64,000 nt of DNA, taken from Candidatus Omnitrophota bacterium (GTDB lineage: Bacteria > Omnitrophota > Gorgyraeia > Aquiviventales > Aquiviventaceae). Where the stretch lies: NCBI GenBank assembly GCA_016193175.1, contig JACPSR010000052.1, positions 11,226-75,225 on the forward strand. Reading direction: 5' to 3'. Numbering within the stretch: position 1 is the stretch's first letter; each line of letters opens with the position of its first letter. Below the pieces are notes generated by a model. That model worked only from the letters and a program-made list of their open reading frames with translations. It was not told the DNA's origin and did not search any database. Below, one piece after another: positions 56,710 to 64,000 of the stretch. The translations under genes were made by a program, and so were the position numbers.

Positions 56710-59700
56710 GAGTTCTGTGGTCCTTTGTCCGCCAGCCCCACGTAGTGCACGGCGATGTTGCGCGCGCCCCCTTGGGTCAGGCGTTGCAAGGTCGGCAGGG
56801 TCGAGGGCTCGGATGGGTTGGACCACAACGTCTGCACCCGAGCAGCCGCAGGCACTCCAAGGCTCCAGATGTTCAGGAGTTTGGACGCCCTGTTCGCCTC
56901 CAAGGCGCGTTCGACCGCCGGCTGCTTCAACAACGCCTCAAAGGACATCGCAGGTGGCCGGTCAGCTTGAGCCTCCGGCTGCGGCAGCGGCAGGATCCCT
57001 TGACGAGGATTGACCGGCGCCCTTCCTCTTCTTCTTGTTCTTGAGCGGAACGACGACACCGAGAGCCCCACGAGCCCAGCCCCGTACTCGGGATGCGTCT
57101 TCACCCAGGCCCAGGCCGGCCAGTCGGCCATGAGCGAGTCCACAAAACCCGTCGGGATGAGCCAGGCCGCCGCCGCAATCCCGAGCGCGAGGCCAGCGTA
57201 GACGAGGATGCCGAGTTGCAAGAAGCGAGGGTTCCCTTTTAGGGTGTCGGTCGGTTTCTCAGGACGACGGGCACTGGCCTCGTCTTGGATCACTCGCCAA
57301 TCGGGCCGGGAAGCGGCGAAGAACCCATTGAGAAGGGAGGCGGGCCACAGGAGATCCGCGTGCTCGGGGAGCAAGAGCGCAAAGACGGCAGCGGCAAGGG
57401 CCAGTGAGAGGCTCGTGATGATCCCAGCCAGGGCGATGCGAGCGGCGGCACCTCTATCAGCCTGATGCCTCACGCCCAGGCCTGCGCTGAAGAGGCCTCC
57501 GCGGATGCGGCCAAATGTCGGAGCAGCCTTCAACCGCTTGGCAACGAACCCGTGAGCCGACTCGTGGATCAGGAACGAGAAGAGGTAGATCAGGCTCAGC
57601 GGCAACAACCGGACGAGGTTGACGCCCGGCTCAACCCCCAGAAGCGACGGCAGCATCCCTCCCAGCCCCACGACCAGCGCCGCCACCCCGAGGTTCACCC
57701 ACGGCAGGGCCGATGAGGATGAGGCTGATGGGGGCGTCGGTGCCGCCTCATCCACCCCCTCCCTCGCCACGCCGCTGGTGCCCGCTGATGGGCCGATCGA
57801 GCCTGTGGGCCCGCGAGGTGTTTGGGTGTAAGGAGCAATGAGGGACGGTTCTATGTTCCTGGCGAAGAACGGCGAAAAATCCTCGATGTTAGCCCACAGC
57901 CAGATCGCGCCGCGCCACGCCGCGAGACTCCCGACGAGGGCAAGCCCACCGAATGCCCATCCATAGGCGCCGGTGATCGCGAGCCACGCCAGCACCGGGC
58001 TGATGGAGAACCCGTACACGAGCCAGTGGATTGCTGCCTCGCGGCCGGTGCGGCGGCCCCGGCTCGCCCAGTGGATCGCCGCATGGCCAAGCTCATGGCC
58101 AAGGAGGAAGGCCTGCACGTAGGCGCGGTAGCGACGGAGTTGAGGATGCGCATGGATCGCGCGATCGTCGGGATTGTAGTGGAGGAGAGCCGGGATATTG
58201 CCTTCGCTCAAGCCAGGCAGCAGAGCCCCTCGGGTGGATCGGACAATCGAAAACCACAGGAGCCGCTTGAGCCAACCCTGAGGAACATCTCCCGGCCCTG
58301 CACGCTCGGGATGAATCGTGGCAATCATCTGCTGATCAACGACCATCCGGCTCCCGAGCACTGCGAGCCATGCGGAAATTAAGACGCCGAGCCACGAAAG
58401 GAGAAAGAGCCGCCCCGCGATCGCCGGATCGCCTCCTGTGAACCAACTGACCCCGCTGGCTGCCATGAGAAGCCAGAGCAGCCCGCTGATCACCCCCGCA
58501 CTCGCCAGCAGCCCCCCGCCCCGCACCGGCGCTGCCTTGCCTTTGGGTGTTGAGCTTGCCTCCGATGATGGCGGGGCTGTCCCTCCTGCGGCATGCCGCT
58601 TTTCGAGCAAGCGCACGAGCGCTTCGGCATGATCAGCGAGCGTCACGAGCGTTGCCACGTTGCGCTGCATTTCCGGAATGCGCGTGTGGAACGACCCAAG
58701 CTCAAGGCGGTAGTCATCGGCGGCCTGACGAAGGAGGTCCCCCGCCTTTTCGGCAATCTCTGGTAGCGGCCGGTGCTGAGCCAAGCCTGCCTGAATCATC
58801 TGCCCCACTTGCTGAACTCGACGTAACCCTGCCGCGGCAAACGCTCGATCCTCCTCGAGTTGGCGAACTTGCGCTTCAAACCGGGAAGGCTCAGCGGTCT
58901 CCGTGACCGCCCACACGCCCCGGCCGGACCAAAGCTTGAAGGCGCGCAGGAACCGCGCCCGGGCATCCGAAGGCAGCCCGGCCAGCGCCTCTTGGGTGAC
59001 CAGACGTTTCCTCGGCACGACAGGGACCGGAAACATCCGTTGGAGCTCGGCGTCGCGGAGGCCGCCGGGTCCTGACACGCCCAGCTCGAACACGGGCCGG
59101 CCTACGTCGTCCAGCCCAATGCTGATCGCCTTGCCCGCGCTTTTGCCCATTATCCGTTTCCATATGGTCGGCTCGAATCGCCGCAAGACCAACCGCAGCG
59201 GCTTGTCCGGAGCATTCAGATACACCTTGTCGGCTGATGCAGGATTGAGCGGATCCGTCGGCACAAACGTCACCAGCAGCGCCTGCCCATTCGCGTGATT
59301 GATGAGGTACAGCACCCGGCCCTGCTCGGAGACGGCGTAGCTGATCATTGGGGCTGGCGCTCGTTGCGCGAGGCGCACGACGATCTGGCTGGAGGGACCC
59401 TGGCCTTCCGCGGCCAGCGCGCCGAGCACGACGCTCGTGTGGGGCGTCATGAGCATAAGCCGCTCCGGCAGATGCTGCATCAAGCGCCGCGCTTCTTCTT
59501 GCAAGGCGATCCTGGAGGCAACGTCTAATTCATCGGAAGGACGACGGGCACGGGCGTCTGACCCAACCCAGACTTTGAGATACCTCTGAAGCTCAGGCGA
59601 TACCCCGGACGCAGCGTCCTCGATCCATTCCATGAGCCGGAATCTCATATAGAAGGGGCGCGGCTGAGACCGACCCATCGCCCGCGCTTGATCCCCCGGC

Positions 59701-62700
59701 GTGGCGCCTTCGAGCGCCAAGGCCAACAGTTCGAGTTCCCCGAGCGCATCGTCATAGGTCAGCGTGTCGCTGCGACCTTCAACCCATTGCGTGAAGCCCT
59801 GAACCTCATGCCGCTGATCGATCCATCGCATCAACTCGCCGGCGAGCGCCTCGACCCGCGCCAGCTCAGCACCGCTCAGCACCAAGCCGTGCTGCGCCGC
59901 GGCCTGGATGCGCTGGCGGATCTCCACAAGGCGGGCTCGCCAGACCTGCTGCAACTGGCGATAGAGGTCCGCATCCTGAAAGAGTCGGGTGAGCACAGAA
60001 TCGCCTCGTTTGAGACGGAGGGCGTGAGCCATGGCATAGAGATTTCCGTCGCTGCGTTCCAAGAGTTCGGCAAGGCGTGCCTTTTCTCCGGGATCCATTG
60101 CTGGCGGCGCTTCGGCAGCCTTCGGTGGCCGTGTCTCCAGCACAAGCTGTCCCCGCGCGAACTCATCCAGCGCCCGGTCGAGCGCGCCTCCGGATCCCAG
60201 CGTGTCGAGATCAAACCACCTCGGCCGCGCTCCGGGGCGAGCCAGACAGAATCGATCGGATGTCTCTGCACGCTTGGGGTCGGCGGGGAGGAAGGTGATC
60301 AGCAACTGCTCCCCGGTCCAGTCGTTGACGAGGAGGGCGAGGCGGCCTTGGCCCGAAACGGCGTAGCGGATCTCGGCGCCGCGCGCGGGATCTGATCTCA
60401 AGCGAAAGACCAGTTGGATCGCTGGCGCGCCAAGCACCACATCGCTCTCTGGAGTGAGAGGTTGAAGTGGCTCCGAAGCGCGCGCTCGGACGAGCGTAGA
60501 CGCCTCTTCTTGCAGGGCGATCCGGCTGGCCATGTCCAACTGATCATCGGACCGACGTCTAACTGTCAACCACTCCCTCAAGTAGTCCGTGAGCGGCCGG
60601 GATAACTCGGAGCCGCGGACGCTGACCGTAGCCTGTAAATCAGAGAGTAGCCCGGCCGCAGAAGCCGCAGGTCGACCCATGGTCCTGGCCTGGGCTGACA
60701 GGCTGGCTCCTTCGAGCGCCAGGGCAAGGAGCTCGAGCTGCGCCAGCGTCCGAGGCGAGGGAAGCCGACCGGCGCCTCCCTCGAGCCACTGCCGGAGCTC
60801 CTCCACGTCAGGAAGCCCCTTGAGCCATTGCATGAGTTCTTCGACGAGCGATTCCGTCAGGTAGCCGCCGTGGCGGAGGAAAAGACTGCGTTCCGCCGCG
60901 CGCCGGATTCGCTGCTCGACTGCATTCAGTCTCCTGCGCCAGACGCTGCGCAACTGCCGCCGAAGCCTGACGTCCCCTAAGAGCCGCTTGAGGAGCCGCC
61001 GGGAGTTCATGCGCCGTTCTTCGGCCATCTGGTAGAGATCGCCATCGGTCTGCTTCATGAGTTCCTTCAGACGGGCTCGTTCGGCTGGGTGCATGGCTCG
61101 GACGGCCTTTTGGGGTCGAGCGGGACGAGGACGTCGAGCCTGAGGTTCGCGAAGACTCGGTGGTGGGGCAGGCCGCTCAGAGGCCGGCCTCGCCTGCGCC
61201 GGCTGCTCTTCAGGACCACGCACGGCTGGTTGAGGTTTCCGCCACCACCATTGAGCTCTGGATGGCTGACGCAAGCGCCCTAATGCCCTCTGTGCAATTG
61301 CCCCCACGTCTTGCCTGGAAACCCCCCAGGCGGCGCCGATGGCTTCAAAGCTCCTCTCGTCCTGGCTGTATCGAGCTCGGATAACCCGCTCCTCCCTTGT
61401 AGACAGCGTTGCAAGCACGCGATCTTTTATGGACCTGAGGAGCCCCTGCTCGGCTCGTCGCTCTCCTAACGCTTCCTCGGGATCAGCGACCTTCGCTTCG
61501 ATGCGCGCGGTGGCTGGGACGGCTGACATGATCCTGAGAGCCTGCTCAAACCGTTCGCTGAGCGAGGGGTCCTTCCATCTCATCCACTCGCGCAACCCGG
61601 CGCGGTCCGTGGGGCTCAAAGCCTTGAGGCCAGGATCCCCGTAGGACGGCCATTGGCGCAGCAGCTCCAACGCCAAGCTCAGATTTGTTGGAGCCTCCAG
61701 CCCAAGTGCCTCGGCTATGTGGAAAACGAGGTCCCATTCAATTCGGTTCCACATCGTACCTAACGGTACCCTGATCCCTGGCCGCCCCTGTAGCCAGCTC
61801 ACCACAGCAACATGCATCTCAGCCCAGAACTCCTCCTCATCGATGGCTGACGCGGGCCCGCCAAACAATTCGATTAGGAAGCTCAGGTCATCAAACAGCC
61901 GCTGGGCAGAGCGATGCACGTCCTCAGGACGTAGCGCAATGCCATAAGTCCTGGGCCGCCTGTTCGTCAACGCCAGGTAGACCTTCAGCCACTGGCCGAA
62001 CCCGCCTGGGAGGCGGGCCATCGCGTCGAGGAGCGCTTCGCGCATCCACTTGGCGTGCGGCCTGCGCTGGCTCATCGCCTCCTCCAAGGCCGGTCCTTCC
62101 CGCGTGGCAAGATTGCTGATCTCTTCGCCGAGGCGGCGCAGGCGCTTGGCGGCGCCTGGGCTCTCTCGATAGACCACCTGCGCCAGCGCGGTCACTAGTA
62201 CCTGTAAGTCGCGGAGTCGTCTAACGTAGTGGTCGCTGCGCGTCGTCGCCTGCAATGACGCGATGTGGCGCTGCATCTCAGATACCAACCAGGGGACGCG
62301 CGCGCGCGGAAGGCGTTGACCGCTCACCATCCATACCGAGACGCCCGCCGCCAGCAAGAGGAGGCCGCCGACCGTCACCCAGGCTGGGATTCCCGCAGTC
62401 CCGCCGGGGAGCGGCGCCATCGCGAGCGAGCCCAAGCCGAAGACAACGATGCTGAGGTGCATCAGCCGTTGACTTATGCTTGGGGTCAGACCCCAAGCAC
62501 GAAGTTCCCCGATTGGGGTCTGACCCCTACGCAGACGCCAGGCTATCCCCACCACCACCCCGGCCAGACCGAGGAGGCCGCCGCCGAGGAGCCAGGCCGC
62601 CAAGCCGCCGTGCGTCCCGAGCCAGGAGCCGAGCCCGCCCCACGAGGGCCCGTGCGCCGCGGCCCAGGTGGCGAGGGCCGCCAGTCCTGCGCTCGCGCCG

Positions 62701-64000
62701 ACCGTCTCCAGGGCGAGGAACCCGCGCGGGCCGGTTGGCTTGACACGTCCGTCGACGGGTGCTACACTTGCGGCAGTGGAGGCACGTAATGGGAAAAGTC
62801 TATCCAACGTTGCTACGGTGCTATGCGCGTCCTGAAGGCGATCATTACCTCGCCTTCTGCCTCGAGGTAGGCCTGTGCGATCGGGGCGAGACGCTGGACG
62901 CTGCGAAGGCGTCGCTTGAGGAAGATCTCGTCGGGTATTTAGAATCCTTAACCCCTGAGAATCTCGCCGACCTGTTCCCCCGCCCTGCTTCGTGGGAGGT
63001 GTATCTGGACTACTACCGGGTGTGGTGCCTGGTAGCCCTCGCGCGACGTTTCCGTCAGCTCGCCCACCACTGGCTTGTCTTCGTCGAGCCCCTCGTGCTA
63101 ACGCCTCGTCTGGCGCATGGGGCGTTTCGTCCTTAGCCAGCGGGACCTTGTCCGCGTCCTGCACTCCCACGGCTTCAGGCAGATCTCCCAACGCGGCTCC
63201 CACCAATACTGGGAGCGGCCTGGCTACAAAGTGACGGTTGACGTCAAGTATCCGGAGTACAGCGGGTGGTTGCTCCGCATGATGATTGAGCAATCCGGTC
63301 TGCCGAAGTCCGTGTTTCGTCCCACCAGCCACTAAGAGCGCCACCGTCACCGCACCGATCCCGCCCCACCGTCGCACGAAGGTCACCCCCACCCAGACCG
63401 CTAGCCCTAGCAGAAGGCCGCCGAACGTCACCCACGAGGAGATGCCGAAGGTTGTGAGCCATGCCGCGAGCGCGGAAATCCCGATCCCGACGCCCGCCGC
63501 GAACGGGACAACAGTGAGGGGCGTGTTGGGGCTCGGGCCGCTGGACGAACCAACTGAGCCATTCGATTCCGCTGGTTCTGGGAAGAAGGTGCGGACTTCA
63601 GATTCGTAGTAGTCCTGCAAACGCCGGAAGAGCGCGCGGGCAGTGCGATCTTCAGGGGAGTCCGTAGGAGTTGGCTCACCGGTAAAGGTGCGCGAATCCC
63701 AGATGATACTAAGGTTTTCTTGTGCGCGAGAGAGGCCCACGTTGAGGCGACGCAAATCCTTCACAAAGCCGATTCGCCGATCCGCGTTACTGCGCACGAA
63801 GTCAAAGATGATCGCCCGGTTCTCCCCACCCTGGTAGCTATCGATTGTGGTCACGAATGGCCAGCGAGTGGCCTGTGGGTAGGCTTCCTGGAGCAGCTGG
63901 CGAATGAGCTCGACTTGGTCGTTGTATGGCGTGATGACGGTAATCTGGTCTAACGGAATGCTCCGAGCCTCATAGAGCCTGATGAGTTGTAGAACTTGTT
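56706..64000 (-). CDS. Giant multidomain membrane protein C (>=2,430 aa, 5' end outside window)
   Basis: The frame stays open above the track's GTG at 63854 up to the window edge (QVLQLIRLYEARSIPLDQITVITPYNDQV...). Stop TGA at 56706-56708. Confidence 0.88.
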   Translation of the reverse strand, partial: QVLQLIRLYEARSIPLDQITVITPYNDQVELIRQLLQEAYPQATRWPFVTTIDSYQGGENRAIIFDFVRSNADRRIGFVKDLRRLNVGLSRAQENLSIIWDSRTFTGEPTPTDSPEDRTARALFRRLQDYYESEVRTFFPEPAESNGSVGSSSGPSPNTPLTVVPFAAGVGIGISALAAWLTTFGISSWVTFGGLLLGLAVWVGVTFVRRWGGIGAVTVALLVAGGTKHGLRQTGLLNHHAEQPPAVLRILDVNRHFVARPLPVLVGAALGDLPEAVGVQDADKVPLAKDETPHAPDEALARGARRRQASGGRADGNVARGLPGTTPGSSPDTPPTKQGGGTGRRDSQGLRILNTRRDLPQATPSQRPASRPDRTGLPRGRRRGNDRLQDAHSTVATLDRLFPLRASTAASVAPVDGRVKPTGPRGFLALETVGASAGLAALATWAAAHGPSWGGLGSWLGTHGGLAAWLLGGGLLGLAGVVVGIAWRLRRGQTPIGELRAWGLTPSISQRLMHLSIVVFGLGSLAMAPLPGGTAGIPAWVTVGGLLLLAAGVSVWMVSGQRLPRARVPWLVSEMQRHIASLQATTRSDHYVRRLRDLQVLVTALAQVVYRESPGAAKRLRRLGEEISNLATREGPALEEAMSQRRPHAKWMREALLDAMARLPGGFGQWLKVYLALTNRRPRTYGIALRPEDVHRSAQRLFDDLSFLIELFGGPASAIDEEEFWAEMHVAVVSWLQGRPGIRVPLGTMWNRIEWDLVFHIAEALGLEAPTNLSLALELLRQWPSYGDPGLKALSPTDRAGLREWMRWKDPSLSERFEQALRIMSAVPATARIEAKVADPEEALGERRAEQGLLRSIKDRVLATLSTREERVIRARYSQDERSFEAIGAAWGVSRQDVGAIAQRALGRLRQPSRAQWWWRKPQPAVRGPEEQPAQARPASERPAPPPSLREPQARRPRPARPQKAVRAMHPAERARLKELMKQTDGDLYQMAEERRMNSRRLLKRLLGDVRLRRQLRSVWRRRLNAVEQRIRRAAERSLFLRHGGYLTESLVEELMQWLKGLPDVEELRQWLEGGAGRLPSPRTLAQLELLALALEGASLSAQARTMGRPAASAAGLLSDLQATVSVRGSELSRPLTDYLREWLTVRRRSDDQLDMASRIALQEEASTLVRARASEPLQPLTPESDVVLGAPAIQLVFRLRSDPARGAEIRYAVSGQGRLALLVNDWTGEQLLITFLPADPKRAETSDRFCLARPGARPRWFDLDTLGSGGALDRALDEFARGQLVLETRPPKAAEAPPAMDPGEKARLAELLERSDGNLYAMAHALRLKRGDSVLTRLFQDADLYRQLQQVWRARLVEIRQRIQAAAQHGLVLSGAELARVEALAGELMRWIDQRHEVQGFTQWVEGRSDTLTYDDALGELELLALALEGATPGDQARAMGRSQPRPFYMRFRLMEWIEDAASGVSPELQRYLKVWVGSDARARRPSDELDVASRIALQEEARRLMQHLPERLMLMTPHTSVVLGALAAEGQGPSSQIVVRLAQRAPAPMISYAVSEQGRVLYLINHANGQALLVTFVPTDPLNPASADKVYLNAPDKPLRLVLRRFEPTIWKRIMGKSAGKAISIGLDDVGRPVFELGVSGPGGLRDAELQRMFPVPVVPRKRLVTQEALAGLPSDARARFLRAFKLWSGRGVWAVTETAEPSRFEAQVRQLEEDRAFAAAGLRRVQQVGQMIQAGLAQHRPLPEIAEKAGDLLRQAADDYRLELGSFHTRIPEMQRNVATLVTLADHAEALVRLLEKRHAAGGTAPPSSEASSTPKGKAAPVRGGGLLASAGVISGLLWLLMAASGVSWFTGGDPAIAGRLFLLSWLGVLISAWLAVLGSRMVVDQQMIATIHPERAGPGDVPQGWLKRLLWFSIVRSTRGALLPGLSEGNIPALLHYNPDDRAIHAHPQLRRYRAYVQAFLLGHELGHAAIHWASRGRRTGREAAIHWLVYGFSISPVLAWLAITGAYGWAFGGLALVGSLAAWRGAIWLWANIEDFSPFFARNIEPSLIAPYTQTPRGPTGSIGPSAGTSGVAREGVDEAAPTPPSASSSSALPWVNLGVAALVVGLGGMLPSLLGVEPGVNLVRLLPLSLIYLFSFLIHESAHGFVAKRLKAAPTFGRIRGGLFSAGLGVRHQADRGAAARIALAGIITSLSLALAAAVFALLLPEHADLLWPASLLNGFFAASRPDWRVIQDEASARRPEKPTDTLKGNPRFLQLGILVYAGLALGIAAAAWLIPTGFVDSLMADWPAWAWVKTHPEYGAGLVGLSVSSFRSRTRRRGRAPVNPRQGILPLPQPEAQADRPPAMSFEALLKQPAVERALEANRASKLLNIWSLGVPAAARVQTLWSNPSEPSTLPTLQRLTQGGARNIAVHYVGLADKGPQNS
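57310..57600 (-). other. M50-like intramembrane metalloprotease segment in protein C
   Basis: FSFLIHESAHGFVA (HExxH within a TM helix), ARIALAG; a second HExxH (GHELGHA) lies at ~58085. Confidence 0.6.
59190..61094 (-). repeat. Tandem ~332-aa protein repeat (two diverged copies) in protein C
   Basis: MHPAERARLKELMKQTDGDLY (61094) vs MDPGEKARLAELLERSDGNLY (60098). Both contain LELLALALEGA, ASRIALQEEA and I.YAVS.QGR. Confidence 0.88.
61255..61410 (-). other. sigma70 region-4 HTH domain in protein C
   Basis: LATLSTREERVIRARY...SFEAIGAAWGVSRQDVGAIAQRALGRLRQPSR. Confidence 0.82.
62477..62527. repeat. Pair of GGGGTC(A/T)GACCCC palindromes (REP-like), in frame in ORF C
   Basis: tgcttggggtc-a-gaccccaagca (62477-62499, perfect 11-bp arms) and ggggtc-t-gacccc (62515-62527). 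Confidence 0.7.
62740..62768 (+). promoter_or_regulatory. sigma70 promoter of the nested hicBA operon
   Basis: TTGACA (62740-62745), 17 nt, TACACT (62763-62768), with extended -10 TG. The palindrome CCGTCGACGG (62749-62758) lies in the spacer. Confidence 0.85.
62789..63136 (+). CDS. hicB: HicB-like antitoxin (115 aa), nested antisense inside giant ORF C
   Basis: MGKVYPTLLRCYARPEGDHYLAFCLEVGLCDRGETLDAAKASLEEDLVGYLE...DLFPRPA is HicB N-terminal-like. SD GGAGG lies 6 nt before ATG 62789, and the gene overlaps hicA. Confidence 0.8.
   Translation: MGKVYPTLLRCYARPEGDHYLAFCLEVGLCDRGETLDAAKASLEEDLVGYLESLTPENLADLFPRPASWEVYLDYYRVWCLVALARRFRQLAHHWLVFVEPLVLTPRLAHGAFRP
63117..63335 (+). CDS. hicA: HicA-family mRNA interferase toxin (72 aa), nested antisense inside giant ORF C
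   Basis: DLVRVLHSHGFRQISQRGSHQYWERPGYKVTV...LLRMMIEQSGL has the canonical HicA pattern, with the catalytic GSH His. Confidence 0.9.
   Translation: MGRFVLSQRDLVRVLHSHGFRQISQRGSHQYWERPGYKVTVDVKYPEYSGWLLRMMIEQSGLPKSVFRPTSH
63690..64000 (-). other. C-terminal RecA-like domain of a Upf1/DNA2-like SF1 helicase in protein C
   Basis: ITVITPYNDQV, TIDSYQGGE, IIFDFVRSN, IGFVKDLRRLNVGLSRA. Confidence 0.9.

Noticed and set aside
56710-56826. GTG start at 56826 for ORF B
   Set aside because: It overlaps ORF C by ~120 nt and gives low-quality sequence; the coupled ATG at 56709 or a frameshift is more plausible.
62759-62788. GTG start for hicB
   Set aside because: It lies inside the promoter, whereas ATG 62789 has a properly spaced GGAGG.

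Overview
A GC-rich window almost entirely covered by four co-directional minus-strand ORFs. Giant ORF A runs from 38798 off the left edge (>=12,932 aa); the ORF track omits it because it has no stop in the window. It is preceded by a ~530-aa ChaN/Tiki-like protein (38803-40395). Giant ORF B is ~5,400 aa (40504-56709). Giant ORF C is >=2,430 aa (56706 to beyond 64000). The giants are strings of domains separated by linkers and membrane helices, an architecture reminiscent of Candidatus Omnitrophota giant proteins (taxonomy is inference). ORF A carries a run of sugar-phosphate/gluconeogenic enzyme domains: PGK, cupin PGI, several degenerate TPI barrels, class II aldolase, GlpX FBPase, two GAPDH copies, phosphohexomutase and a UDP-sugar pyrophosphorylase-like domain. 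It also has GDH, J-domain, ARMT1-like, HAD and HEAT modules and recently duplicated segments. The most striking observation is that complete plus-strand transcription units sit antisense inside the giant reading frames without breaking them. These are a hicB-hicA toxin-antitoxin pair in ORF C and a DUF2283 gene in ORF B, each with its own near-consensus sigma70 promoter and Shine-Dalgarno. Domain calls come from manual translation and motif recognition, not database searches, and domain boundaries are approximate. No rRNA, tRNA or CRISPR array was seen.
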